64,000 nt of DNA. Origin: Candidatus Parcubacteria bacterium. Its GTDB lineage: Bacteria > Patescibacteriota > Minisyncoccia > Sungbacterales > SURF-37. The DNA lies in the NCBI GenBank assembly GCA_003599755.1, contig QZJO01000011.1, forward strand, positions 66,424 through 130,423, in the 5' to 3' direction. Every line of letters begins with the position of its first letter. Positions within the stretch are counted from its first letter, which is position 1. The notes under the pieces were generated by a model. That model saw only the letters and a program-made list of their open reading frames with translations, made no database searches and was not told where the DNA came from. This document shows, piece by piece, positions 1 through 9,231 of this stretch. Made by a program: the position numbers and the translations under genes.

Positions 1-452
1 AGCAGATAAGCGGCCATGCGCGGCAGAAAATCGAAGCTGCGAAATTGGCTCTCCGCGATGAAGGCGGCGGCGTTAGCGCTCCCTGTTACTTCCCGCGATG
101 CGCGCTCTACGTCGAATTCATGGAGCGGGCTGCGGATATCGAATTTCTTGACAAGGGAAAGCGTGAATCCGTCGAGCGTGGCAAGCACCAGCACATTGCC
201 GTTCCAGGCGTAGCCGAATGGCGATCCGTTCGGCCGGCGCTTTGCCACCCCATTGCGAGGAGCGACATTGACGAGAATTACCCCCTCGTTACCGTCAAGC
301 GCATCAATGGCGTCGATGAGGTTGCCGCTTGCTTCGAGGTCACTGTCCACGCCGATGCACGAGATCGGACTTTGCAATAATGCCGAAGCCCGAATGCTCT
401 GGCGCCCCAAAGCATTCGGATCACGGCAATCATTGATGATGGTGACAGTCAT
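1..452 (-). CDS. partial CDS (N-terminus in window, continues past window start); DUF62 / SAM hydroxide adenosyltransferase-like protein
   Basis: Minus-strand frame is open from ATG at 452 to the window edge and is not in the ORF track because it is truncated. Translation MTVTIINDCRDPNALGRQSIRASAL...LVNVAPRNG...LVLATLDGF; the RDP..G and VNVAPRNG motifs resemble the DUF62 N-terminal core. Family assignment is tentative. Confidence 0.35.
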   Translation of the reverse strand, partial: MTVTIINDCRDPNALGRQSIRASALLQSPISCIGVDSDLEASGNLIDAIDALDGNEGVILVNVAPRNGVAKRRPNGSPFGYAWNGNVLVLATLDGFTLSLVKKFDIRSPLHEFDVERASREVTGSANAAAFIAESQFRSFDFLPRMAAYL

Positions 453-1491
453 GGCGAGTGAATAGAAAACGGCCCCGGAAAGGGCCGCCTGGCGTCCGCT
501 TTGGCGAGCGCACTTAAACGGCCCGCACAGAAGCGGCGCGCATCATACGCATCATGCCGTATTTTAGGATCGAGCCGGGCATATGAGAACCGTAACGCAT
601 GCATGCGACCATGGCAACCCAGTCGGCCCGAACTAAATAAACAGGACCCGATGTCTTTTCGGGTCCTGTGGGACGGCGTCTGGCGGCGATCGTTATTTTC
701 GAGCGGGCGTCTGGCCCTCGGCGATCTTGAGCCGTCGGCGGGCAGTCTCTGTGTCCGGGGAGCGAGCGATGATTTCTGCGATGCGGATCAGATCCGCCGG
801 ATCCCGTTTCCCGCCTTCGTAGTAGCGGTTGGTCGCTACGAGCAGCTCTTGCTCTTCCTTATCCATACACCGCCTCCTCTGCGCCGTCGCCGCTACACGT
901 GGTGCAGCGGTAACGCTTTTGTACGACGACTTTTTTGCCATTCCAGTCGGAGCGATCGGGCAGGCGCCGCAGAGGTCCGCCGCAGGTTTGGCAGGCAAAC
1001 GTCGTAACGGGTTCGGCTATCGCGTCTACTGCCTCGGTTGGTGCTGGCGCGGACATCCTTCCGTTTGGCAGACCTTCTTCTCTTTCTGGCCGCTCGCCGT
1101 CGCCACGAACATCCCTCTCCTGATCCGCACGAGCGTCAGTGGGTTGGAACAGCTGGGGCATGTGGCTTCCGTCGGGGGATTGCCATTGTTCCATGTCATG
1201 CACCGCTCCTTTCGCCCTCTTGAGTTGTACGCCGCGCAGTTAAACGAAATCCGACCTTTCGGTCGGTTCTGGCACGCACTATCTGCGATCTTGCGATTAC
1301 GCGCCATCAGCCGACCGGGAGGTCGGTAAAGGAGGCGAAATAAAAGCGGTGATCGAAGCGTGATTGCATGCAGTATTGGTATAGCGTGCATTCCGGTTTT
1401 CTGTCAATTCAAGTTGGGGAAAAGTAGTTCGACCCCGCAGGCACGTGCCTGCGGGGTCGCATTCGGAATGGAAAGGGCGCTTGCCCTGCTT

Positions 1492-1836
1492 CTAGACCGA
1501 AATTGTCGTCGACACTGCGGCCGCATCCGGGTAGCGCGCGCGGAGCGTCGCGATATCCATCTTCTCGATGCTGCCGTTCGCGACGAGGCCGTCGAAGACC
1601 GACTGCGGCAGGCCGTCATGGCGGCGGAACGCTTCGGTGACGCTGAACGTGTTCAGAATCACCGCGTCAGCGCGGAAGCGCACGATCCCTTTCTGGTCCT
1701 CGGGCAGGCGCCGCAGCAGCGCATGGGATGCGTAGAGCTTGATGAGCTCCTCGGGGTCCTTCTTGGCCGGGGCGAGCGACGACCAGTTCCCTTCTTGTAG
1801 GACGGCCAGAATGTATCGAAAGCCGTTTTCCTGCAT
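1492..1836 (-). CDS. hypothetical protein (114 aa)
   Basis: Balanced amino-acid composition; AGAGGAGA Shine-Dalgarno about 8 nt upstream of the ATG; lies immediately downstream of the 1870..2340 gene (operon-like). Confidence 0.5.
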   Translation of the reverse strand: MQENGFRYILAVLQEGNWSSLAPAKKDPEELIKLYASHALLRRLPEDQKGIVRFRADAVILNTFSVTEAFRRHDGLPQSVFDGLVANGSIEKMDIATLRARYPDAAAVSTTISV

Positions 1837-1869
1837 CCGGGGTCTCCTCTTTTTGGAGATTGGCGCTGG

Positions 1870-2340
1870 TTATAGCCAGAGGCCGATGGGCTCGTGGATC
1901 CGCCTCTTCCGGATCCGGGTCGCGGCGGGTTTCGGCGACGCTTGCTTCGGGTTATCGTCGGGCGGATCGAACACGTCGAGCGGCTGCAGGAGGCAGTCGG
2001 CGAGCGTCACCCGTTGTCCGGCGATCGTCGGGTAGTTCTCGAAGACTACGGCGGTCTGTGAGCAGGGCGTGGAATCGTATCCTCGGCGTGCCGTCCACGT
2101 GACCAGCTCGGTTCGCCAGCGGAAGTTGGGAAACCGTAGCTGGATGGCGCGGTAGATCGGCTCGTTCCTGGGGAAAAGTCCTTCCGTCGCTTCGACCGGA
2201 GCTCCGCGAACGATGCCCGTGCGCAGGAGATTCTTACTCCAGCGCTCGCCGGACGGCTTGACGCCGCCGGGCTGATACCCATGCTGCACGCGAACTGCCT
2301 GCAAGCGTTGAAATGCCAGCGACGCATCCTCTCGCCTCAT
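1870..2340 (-). CDS. hypothetical protein (156 aa)
   Basis: Internal ATG at 2340 preceded by AAGGAGGAG; the longer ORF-track start at 2451 has no RBS. Confidence 0.5.
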   Translation of the reverse strand: MRREDASLAFQRLQAVRVQHGYQPGGVKPSGERWSKNLLRTGIVRGAPVEATEGLFPRNEPIYRAIQLRFPNFRWRTELVTWTARRGYDSTPCSQTAVVFENYPTIAGQRVTLADCLLQPLDVFDPPDDNPKQASPKPAATRIRKRRIHEPIGLWL

Positions 2341-2702
2341 AGCTCCTCCTTGTGGTCCGTGCTGGGTACGTTTGTTGCCGGATGCGCGACCAGACCATCG
2401 CGCACCGTCTCGGAAAGAACGTTCAAGGTCTGGGCGTAGCAGGCGAGCCATGGATCATCCGCTGCGCTCAGATCTCGAGTATGAAAGAGCCGGCCTCTTT
2501 GCGAGGCCGGCTCGGTTTGCAGGTTCAGCGTTCGTTACGCGCGCAAACGGCGATCGGCCCCTTCGGGAAAGAGGATAAACAGGCAGCCAATAAGCATCCA
2601 ATAGGCCGATTGCGGGCGCGATTGCATATCGGTTGTAGCGTAGCTCATGCCGAAGCTAGCGTCAAGAAATTATCCCCACACCCGCAAAGGAGCGGCGATA
2701 TA

Positions 2703-2731
2703 TTGACATTTATCATCTTTTAGTGTATGTA
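2703..2731 (+). promoter_or_regulatory. sigma70-like promoter (TTGACA-17nt-TATGTA) in an AT-rich island
   Basis: TTGACA at 2703-2708, 17-nt spacer, TATGTA at 2726-2731, 32 nt upstream of the 2764 ATG; the local AT-rich stretch stands out from the approximately 65% GC background. Confidence 0.45.
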
Positions 2732-2763
2732 TAAATGTAGAAACGCCAGCAAGGAGGCCCCGG

Positions 2764-3093
2764 ATGAAGAAGGTGTGGCTGGTCGCCGCGGTTCTCGGGT
2801 GCGCTTCCCTATTCATGCTCATTCTGCTGCAGCTCTCGGTTCAGCCGGCCGCTGCCTACAGTCGATCGTTCGGCAGCGGGAGTTCCAGCTTCCGCGCCGA
2901 GTTCTCGGTGCGTAGCGGCGGCGGAGGTTCGTTCGGGCGGTCGTACGGGTACGGACGGACGTACGGCTATGACCGGCGGCATGGTTTTGCGCCGAACTGC
3001 CGGCCGTACTGGGTCCAGAGCTCGCTGTTCTTCAGCAACACGTTCGGCGTGTGGGTGTATCAACCCGGCAAGTGGGTGTTCATATGCCGGTGA
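2764..3093 (+). CDS. small secreted Gly/Ser/Tyr/Arg-rich protein with signal peptide
   Basis: MKKVWLVAAVLGCASLFMLILLQL signal-like N-terminus; AAGGAGG RBS; followed by a hairpin terminator. Confidence 0.55.
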   Translation: MKKVWLVAAVLGCASLFMLILLQLSVQPAAAYSRSFGSGSSSFRAEFSVRSGGGGSFGRSYGYGRTYGYDRRHGFAPNCRPYWVQSSLFFSNTFGVWVYQPGKWVFICR

Positions 3094-3118
3094 TGCGGGC
3101 AGTGCGTCCGCCGCCGAA

Positions 3119-3153
3119 GCGCCTCGCATAGCATGTGCGAGGCGCTTTTCTTA
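3119..3153 (+). terminator. rho-independent terminator (gcgcctcgca / tgcgaggcgc stem plus T-run)
   Basis: 10-bp perfect stem with 7-nt loop followed by ttttctt; directly downstream of the 2764..3093 CDS. Confidence 0.5.
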
Positions 3154-3160
3154 CTTATTA

Positions 3161-3195
3161 AAAAGTTCTCACCCGCGACCCCGAGGTCGCGGGTG
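3161..3195 (-). terminator. rho-independent terminator for minus-strand gene 3209..3460
   Basis: Stem cacccgcgacc / ggtcgcgggtg with loop ccga; on the minus strand followed by a TTTTT run. Confidence 0.5.
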
Positions 3196-3208
3196 ATGTC
3201 TTGGCGGA

Positions 3209-3460
3209 TTATTTCCGAGGATGGGGCGAAAGAAAGATCCGGTACAGCAGGGTACCGACGATTGCGCCGCCGACGACGGTGATGAACGTCGCCGCACTCC
3301 GCAGCTCGAATCCGATGAGGTACCCGATCGAGCCGAATATCACCCCTACGATGACGCCGAATACGATGAGTGAGAGCAGCGGCTCGTTGGGCCAGGTGAT
3401 CAGCTTCATGAGGAACCCGATGACCGCCCCGAAGACGATCCATAGCAGCACGTCAACCAT
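3209..3460 (-). CDS. GlsB/YeaQ/YmgE family (transglycosylase-associated) small membrane stress protein
   Basis: MVDVLLWIVFGAVIGFLMKLI... with Gly-zipper TM helices typical of the family; GGAGGGGG RBS. Confidence 0.7.
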   Translation of the reverse strand: MVDVLLWIVFGAVIGFLMKLITWPNEPLLSLIVFGVIVGVIFGSIGYLIGFELRSAATFITVVGGAIVGTLLYRIFLSPHPRK

Positions 3461-3512
3461 CGCTCACCCCCTCCGGGCATGTGGAGAACTGACGAATTCT
3501 ATTATGCAATTT

Positions 3513-4037
3513 TTACACCTGTGTGTAAAGGAAAACGGTCCCTTCTGTTTTTAATGGCTGCCAATGCGGGAACGGAAATGCGTTGGAAACGACCCGGCTG
3601 CCCGGCTTCAATTCTCTTCGCAGTTTCACCTCGAGATCCGGCATGATGGACGGCAGCCCGTAGACCGTGACGATATCGAACGGCGCGAATGACTGATGCC
3701 AGAAATTGCTTCGGTTGACGGTCGCCCGATTGCCGAGCCCTGCGAGCCGAATGCGCAGGCGCGCGAACCAAACCAAGAGCGGGTTTATTTCAAAGCCGGT
3801 TGCGATCGCACCCGCGCGAGCAAGCGCGATCACGATCCTGCCGTCCCCTGCTCCGATGTCCGCAGCGCGTTGGCCCGGCCGGATATCAGCGAGCGCCACC
3901 ATGCAGCGGATGCGGGCGCGGCTGGACGGCACGAATGGCGCGCCGCGCGCAAACCAGAACAGCGGCACTGCTGCGGCGATCGCCAATGCCACGGCAACCA
4001 ACGTGCCGGCGTATATTGCCAAGACAAGAATCGGCAT
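3513..4037 (-). CDS. class I SAM-dependent methyltransferase with N-terminal TM anchor
   Basis: DIGAGDGRIVIALARAG glycine-rich SAM-binding motif; start taken at internal ATG (MPILVLAIYAG...). Confidence 0.55.
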   Translation of the reverse strand: MPILVLAIYAGTLVAVALAIAAAVPLFWFARGAPFVPSSRARIRCMVALADIRPGQRAADIGAGDGRIVIALARAGAIATGFEINPLLVWFARLRIRLAGLGNRATVNRSNFWHQSFAPFDIVTVYGLPSIMPDLEVKLRRELKPGSRVVSNAFPFPHWQPLKTEGTVFLYTQV

Positions 4038-4117
4038 GGCCGCATGATAGCAGCGTGTGCCCCAAAGAAGAACCGTCCCGATGTACATCGGGACGGTTCT
4101 TCTTTGCGTTGCTGCAT

Positions 4118-4318
4118 TTAGGCCGCCGGCTGCAGATTCTGCTCGATCTGCGCGTGGGCATCCGTGAGCGTGAGCGTCATGTTCGGATGCTTGTCGGCTA
4201 CGTGCTTGTCGAGCGCGGCCTGGTCCATCGTTCCCTTCAGCTTCGCTACTGCTTCATCGCGGCTTTCCGCCTCTACGGACATCACGTCGCCGCAGGAGCA
4301 GGTCATGGAATAAGTCAT
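4118..4318 (-). CDS. DUF1059 family small protein
   Basis: MTYSMTCSCGDVMSVEAESRDEAVAKLK...HVADKHP matches the DUF1059 N-terminal Cys/Asp pattern; second copy at 42387..42608. Confidence 0.6.
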   Translation of the reverse strand: MTYSMTCSCGDVMSVEAESRDEAVAKLKGTMDQAALDKHVADKHPNMTLTLTDAHAQIEQNLQPAA

Positions 4319-4500
4319 GGGAATAGGTTCGCGAATTAAATGCCCGACCTTTTGAGTATTCGCGGCTCATTCAATACTGCCACGGAATCGTGGCGTGCGT
4401 ACAGGAATGCTGACGGTTGCGGGGCATTATCTTTTCGCGTAGTGTGGATTCCAACTTCTCGTATCTCAGGCGCAGTGCACTCACCAGGAGGAGAGAGCGG

Positions 4501-6072
4501 ATGATGGAACAGGATGCGCATGTGCAGGCCCCGGCTCGAGATGCGTTCTTTGATTGTATACGGGCGGAGCGCTTGGCGCTCACGTTCGACGACGTGCGGA
4601 TCAAGCAGGGCTGGGCGTGCGTTCCGTCCGAGGGCGATGTCATGCTCGACACGTGGTTCTCGCGGCGTGTGCCGCTGAAGAGTAACGTCATCGTCACCGC
4701 CGCAATGGATACGGTGACTGAGTCCGAGATGGCCATTGCCATGGCCAAGATCGGCGGGCTCGGTATCGTCTGGGCCATGGAAGCGGAGCGCCAGGCCGAC
4801 GAAGTTCGACGCGTGAAGTACCTGCTACAGGGCCGGCTGGACAACCCTCGTACGGTCATGCCGACGGAAACGCTCGAAGAGGTGCTCAATCGCTGTAGGC
4901 GGCGCAAAAAGCCCTGGAAGTTCCGGAGCTTTCCAGTCGTCGATGCGGAGAGCCGGCTCATCGGGCTCATCACCAAGGCACACTTCGATTTCCGGCAGAA
5001 TTGGTCCAAGCGCGTCGCCGAAGTCATGATCCCCGCCAAGGAGGTGATGGTCGCTGCGGCCGACGTCGATGGCGACACTGCCTACGAGATGATGATCCGC
5101 GAGCAGAAGAAATTTCTGCCGCTGCTGGACCGCCAGACCGGGCGGCTCGTCGGCATGTACACGCACAAGGATCTCGACGGCCTTCGATCCGAGCGCTGGC
5201 GGGCGTTCAATCTCGATGAACAAGGCCGCCTGCGCGTCGGCGCTGCCATCGGCTTGAAGGAGGACGCGCACAAGCGGATGGAGCTGCTTCACGGCTATGT
5301 GGACGTCGTAGTCGTGGATCAGATGAACGGCGCCACGTCGCTCGTCGAGGAGACGGTGCGCGAGTTGAAACTCGCCTACCCGGACGTGGATATCGTGGCC
5401 GGCAACGTAGTGCGCGGCATCCATGCCCAGCGACTCATGGATACCGGAGCTGACGGCATCAAGGTCGGCCTCGGCGGCGGCTCAATCTGCAACACGCGGG
5501 ATAAATCTGGAGCCGGCACGCCTCAGGTCTCGGCAATCGAGGATGTCGCGCGGGCCTTGCGCGGGTCTGGCGTGCCGATCATCTCTGACGGCGCCATGGT
5601 CGAATCCGGCGACGTGGCGATTGCCCTGGCCGCCGGGGCTGACTGCGTGATGTCGGGGCATATCCCGGCTGCCACGGATGAGACGCCGGGCAAGCGATGG
5701 CGGATCCGGGGCGTTCCGGTGAAAGTTTACCGCGGCATGGGTTCGAAGGAGGCCATGCGGGATAACGCCGGCAAGCGCCTGGGAGGCGTGCGCGGATATC
5801 GCATTCCGCAAGGCGTGAGTACGGTTATGATCTCTAAAGGACCGGTCGCCGACGTCATGAAGGAGGTGCTCGCCGGCGTGCGCCTGGGCATCTGGATCGC
5901 GGGCGGGCGCACTATCCCCGAGTTCCATCGGTGCGTGGACTTCGACCGCATAACCGCTGCCGGCAGGCGCGAGTCGCACCCGCACAACATCGTCGCAGTT
6001 TCGGGCGACGATGTGCATCGCCTGCTCCGGGCGTCTGACGGCGATCTTTCAACACTGCTTCGGGCCGTGTAG
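4501..6072 (+). CDS. guaB: inosine-5-prime-monophosphate dehydrogenase (IMPDH) with CBS pair
   Basis: Catalytic loop GLGGGSICNTR, IISDGAM and VTAAMDTVTE motifs; AGGAGG RBS before ATG at 4501. Confidence 0.9.
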   Translation: MMEQDAHVQAPARDAFFDCIRAERLALTFDDVRIKQGWACVPSEGDVMLDTWFSRRVPLKSNVIVTAAMDTVTESEMAIAMAKIGGLGIVWAMEAERQADEVRRVKYLLQGRLDNPRTVMPTETLEEVLNRCRRRKKPWKFRSFPVVDAESRLIGLITKAHFDFRQNWSKRVAEVMIPAKEVMVAAADVDGDTAYEMMIREQKKFLPLLDRQTGRLVGMYTHKDLDGLRSERWRAFNLDEQGRLRVGAAIGLKEDAHKRMELLHGYVDVVVVDQMNGATSLVEETVRELKLAYPDVDIVAGNVVRGIHAQRLMDTGADGIKVGLGGGSICNTRDKSGAGTPQVSAIEDVARALRGSGVPIISDGAMVESGDVAIALAAGADCVMSGHIPAATDETPGKRWRIRGVPVKVYRGMGSKEAMRDNAGKRLGGVRGYRIPQGVSTVMISKGPVADVMKEVLAGVRLGIWIAGGRTIPEFHRCVDFDRITAAGRRESHPHNIVAVSGDDVHRLLRASDGDLSTLLRAV

Positions 6073-6112
6073 CGGCGTCAGAATCGTACGAAGTAAACAA
6101 GCAGCCGAAAAC

Positions 6113-6150
6113 CCGGCCGCGGACAGAGTCCGCGGCCGGTGTTCCTTTAT
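6113..6150 (+). terminator. hairpin terminator downstream of guaB
   Basis: 12-bp inverted repeat ccggccgcggac / gtccgcggccgg followed by T-rich tgttcctttatat. Confidence 0.45.
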
Positions 6151-6172
6151 ATAGTATATGGTGTGGCGCTCG

Positions 6173-6700
6173 TTAGCGTGATCGGCCGCCGGTCCGGCGC
6201 CGCGATCCGGCGCGTCGGAGACGAATTAAGCGCGCGGTTGCTCCCCTGCCGGTCGGCACTTCGCTCGCTTCGGCCGCCACGGCGGCCTGGCGTTCGCGCT
6301 CAGCCGCGTCCAATTTTTCCGCAACGCGCTGGCGTAGATCCGCCAAGCTCCAGCGCGTGCGCATGGTCAATTCGAATACGCCCTGATCCACGGCTTGGAT
6401 GGCTTTGGGCGCCTCGTGCTCGGCATTGGCCAGCATCACGACTGGCGTCTGGCGCCCCCAGGCATCCTGGCGGAGCTTTTGCAGCATGGCAAAACCCTCC
6501 ATGCGCGCCATGAGCGGATCGAGGATGATAAGATCCGGCCGTTCGCGCTGGGCGCTTGCCAGCCCTTCGCCGCCGGTCCGGGCGCCGAAGACGCGGTAGC
6601 CCGCACCCGCGAATTCCTCCAATAAAATGCGGAGGAGCGACGGCTCGTCCTCCACCACAAGAATTTTTTGCTGAACCCGGGTTGGTGTTGCTACTTCCAT
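6173..6700 (-). CDS. response regulator receiver-domain protein (no DNA-binding output domain)
   Basis: KILVVEDEPSL...DLIILD...PVVMLAN receiver motifs; C-terminal coiled/Arg-rich tail; start at ATG 6700 (MEVATP...). Confidence 0.7.
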   Translation of the reverse strand: MEVATPTRVQQKILVVEDEPSLLRILLEEFAGAGYRVFGARTGGEGLASAQRERPDLIILDPLMARMEGFAMLQKLRQDAWGRQTPVVMLANAEHEAPKAIQAVDQGVFELTMRTRWSLADLRQRVAEKLDAAERERQAAVAAEASEVPTGRGATARLIRLRRAGSRRRTGGRSR

Positions 6701-6915
6701 AGGTAATGCCCTGTAAGAATGACGCCCAAAGCGGTCGCGTCTTTCGCCGATACATATTCGGCAGTACAACGCCATAGATTATGAACGGCCTCCCCGTTTC
6801 GCATGCCGCTCTTTCAACCCCAGGGGGCCGGCGTCTTCGCCGTTGTAGTATCGGGCATACGCGAACCGAGGCCCGCGGATGCGGGCCTCGGTCTCGATTC
6901 GCTATTCGGTTGGAT

Positions 6916-8664
6916 TTAGAGCCTGATCGCCTGGTAATCGTCGAACTCGACGTCCATGAAGTCGGTGCGGATGCCGGCGTAGGCGCCTTGAGTGAACGCG
7001 CCGCCGCCGAATTGCCCGGTATCCGTGGTGTCTAAGACGAGCGTCCAGTTGCCCGTTCGCCCCACGTCGGTCCAGAGTTTCAGGTTTACGCCAGAACCGG
7101 CGTTGACCGTTTCCAGGCGCATGCCGACCCACGTGTTTTTGGGTAGGAGGTTCGGATTGGATGCGGCGTTATACGATCCGGTGAAGATTTTTTTCGACGC
7201 CATCGTGAAGTACCGGCTGCCGATTTTCTTTTTGAAGACCGCCGCCCCGTCTACGCGGAGTCCGGCGTAGTACAAGTTCTGCCCGTCGGCGTAGCGGCTG
7301 AAGAAGAGTACGCCGTTGGATGCGTTGCGGTTCGAACTCTGCGAGAGATTGTCGGCCGTGATGCGGAAGTACATCTCCTGGCGGGCGTTTTGGAACACCT
7401 GCTTGGTCAGAAGGCGGAAGATGTTTTGCGGGTGCAGGCCGTTATCGGTGTCATAGGCGTTTGCCGCCGCGTAGATTTTTTGCCATTTCGAGCCGAGCGG
7501 CAGGGCGCCTTGGATCGTTTTGCCGATGCCGTTGGCCACGGTCATGAGCGCGCCCGAGTTGACCCACCAATAGGGACTCGATGATTCGCCCATGGATCCG
7601 GTCTCTTCGATCGTCGCGTTGGTTGCCAGGCCATATCCGCTGCCTGATCCCGGACTGGCTGCCGGCGGCGGAGGCGTGGGCGTGGGTGCCGGAGCCGGCG
7701 CGGGTGCTGGCGCAAGTGCGGGCGTTGGCGTCGGCGCGGGGGCGGGTGCGGGAGCGGGGGCCGGCGCGGGCGGCGGCGTTTTGGCGAGCGTCGCGACCGC
7801 GGCGGGCGCCGCCGATTCAACGAGGAAGTCATCGAACGAGACATCCTGGAAATCGGACCAGATGCCCGACCGCCCCGTCTCATCGATGGCGCTCGAAATG
7901 TCGCGGGCCTTCAGGACTTCGCGCCATCGGCCGGTCTTGCCGTCATCTACGGAGAGCGTGAGGACGACCGCGCTGCCGTCGTTTCGCGCGTCGAGCTTTA
8001 CGCCGATCCAGCGATGCTCCGGAATCAGGTTCGCGTCGCCCTGCGCGCTGAACGTGCCCGGGAAGTGCTTCGCGTAGCCCAGGGTCTGGTAGGCGCCGTT
8101 CAGTTTCTTTTTGATCACCACGCCGCCGTCGGCTCGGATGCCGGCAACGTAGAATGTTTGGTCATCCTGGAAGCGGGACATCACGAAGATGCCGTTCCAA
8201 GGATTTCTGTTTTGGGGATTTGCAAGATTGGTCTTGTGGGAGCGGGCGTAGAAGGACGTGGCACCGTCTTGCCAGGCGTCGCGGGAAAGCAGGCGGAAGA
8301 TGTTTTGCGGATGCGTGCCGTTGTCGGAGAGGGCGGGATATACGGATGCGTAATGCTGATGCCAGGGATCGCGTGCGGGCATTTCGCCGGCAAGCGTTTT
8401 GCCGATGCCGTCGGCCATCACGAGACGGCCGCCGGATTCGAGCCACCAGTAGCGGCTTCGGGATTTCTCGGCGCTTTCAGCTTCTTCGAGCGTGCCGGCC
8501 CAGTTGAAGTTATACAGATAGGTCGACCCAGTCGTGGCTGCAGTGACGCTCGTCATGACGGCCGGGGCAGTCAACGCCGCGGAACCGATGAGCAGTGCTG
8601 CAACAGTACGGAACGGGATGCGCCGGAATTTGATATCCGGCGATCCCTCGGAATTCGCATTCAT
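6916..8664 (-). CDS. secreted protein with two tandem ~230-aa uncharacterised beta-sandwich-like domains joined by a (PA)n linker
   Basis: Signal peptide FRRIPFRTVAALLIGSAALTAPAVM; duplicated YWW(L/V)xSGG...NGIGKT...HPQNIFRLL...NRNxxNG...YYAGLRxDG...IKKK...FDD(F/Y) module; paralog of 10461..11351. Confidence 0.65.
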   Translation of the reverse strand: MNANSEGSPDIKFRRIPFRTVAALLIGSAALTAPAVMTSVTAATTGSTYLYNFNWAGTLEEAESAEKSRSRYWWLESGGRLVMADGIGKTLAGEMPARDPWHQHYASVYPALSDNGTHPQNIFRLLSRDAWQDGATSFYARSHKTNLANPQNRNPWNGIFVMSRFQDDQTFYVAGIRADGGVVIKKKLNGAYQTLGYAKHFPGTFSAQGDANLIPEHRWIGVKLDARNDGSAVVLTLSVDDGKTGRWREVLKARDISSAIDETGRSGIWSDFQDVSFDDFLVESAAPAAVATLAKTPPPAPAPAPAPAPAPTPTPALAPAPAPAPAPTPTPPPPAASPGSGSGYGLATNATIEETGSMGESSSPYWWVNSGALMTVANGIGKTIQGALPLGSKWQKIYAAANAYDTDNGLHPQNIFRLLTKQVFQNARQEMYFRITADNLSQSSNRNASNGVLFFSRYADGQNLYYAGLRVDGAAVFKKKIGSRYFTMASKKIFTGSYNAASNPNLLPKNTWVGMRLETVNAGSGVNLKLWTDVGRTGNWTLVLDTTDTGQFGGGAFTQGAYAGIRTDFMDVEFDDYQAIRL

Positions 8665-9231
8665 GCGGGAATCCCGCGATGCAGTCCGGGGCGAGCATCC
8701 GCAGCCGTGCAGGCGATACGGTCTGGATACGGATGTCCGCTGACGGAGATGCGCGCGGGGCGAACTAACAGAAGTAACCAAGAGAACATGCGCCATCCTT
8801 CATCCCTGCGGATGCCTATTGCGGAGCAGCCGGGATGACGCGAGACGGGATGGCGGTTCAGTCCGTGGTGCGGAATAGATGCTTCGAGGAGCATGGTCGG
8901 TCCGCGCGAGGCGCTGCCGGAGGTACCACCGGTCGCGCTGATGCGCAGGAGTGCCGACGAAAACCGCGCCGCGGGCCAGCTCGATAATGCAATGCCAGCC
9001 ATTCGCGGAAACCTCGGGAGAAGAGTTCCCCTACGACCCTACGACGACAATCTCGACGGTTGTCGCGTACGGCCTCGGGGACTATACCTTCGGCCACGGT
9101 GTTCCGCCATACGAATGTGGAAAACCCCTCGGTTGACTCGGCCGCCGGTTCTCGGTTTAGCAAAACCCATTCCCGCTTTGCAGAGCGGGAATGGGTTCGA
9201 GATGCGTGCCGCGCCAGCCGTTTCGGGCGAT

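Noticed and set aside
7680-7800. Short GC-rich tandem repeats (gcgggtgcgggagcgggggccggcgcgggc-like; also at 15740-15900 and 29690-29830)
   Set aside because: They encode (PA)n/(PT)n linker segments inside genuine secreted-protein genes; no spacer-repeat periodicity, so not CRISPR.
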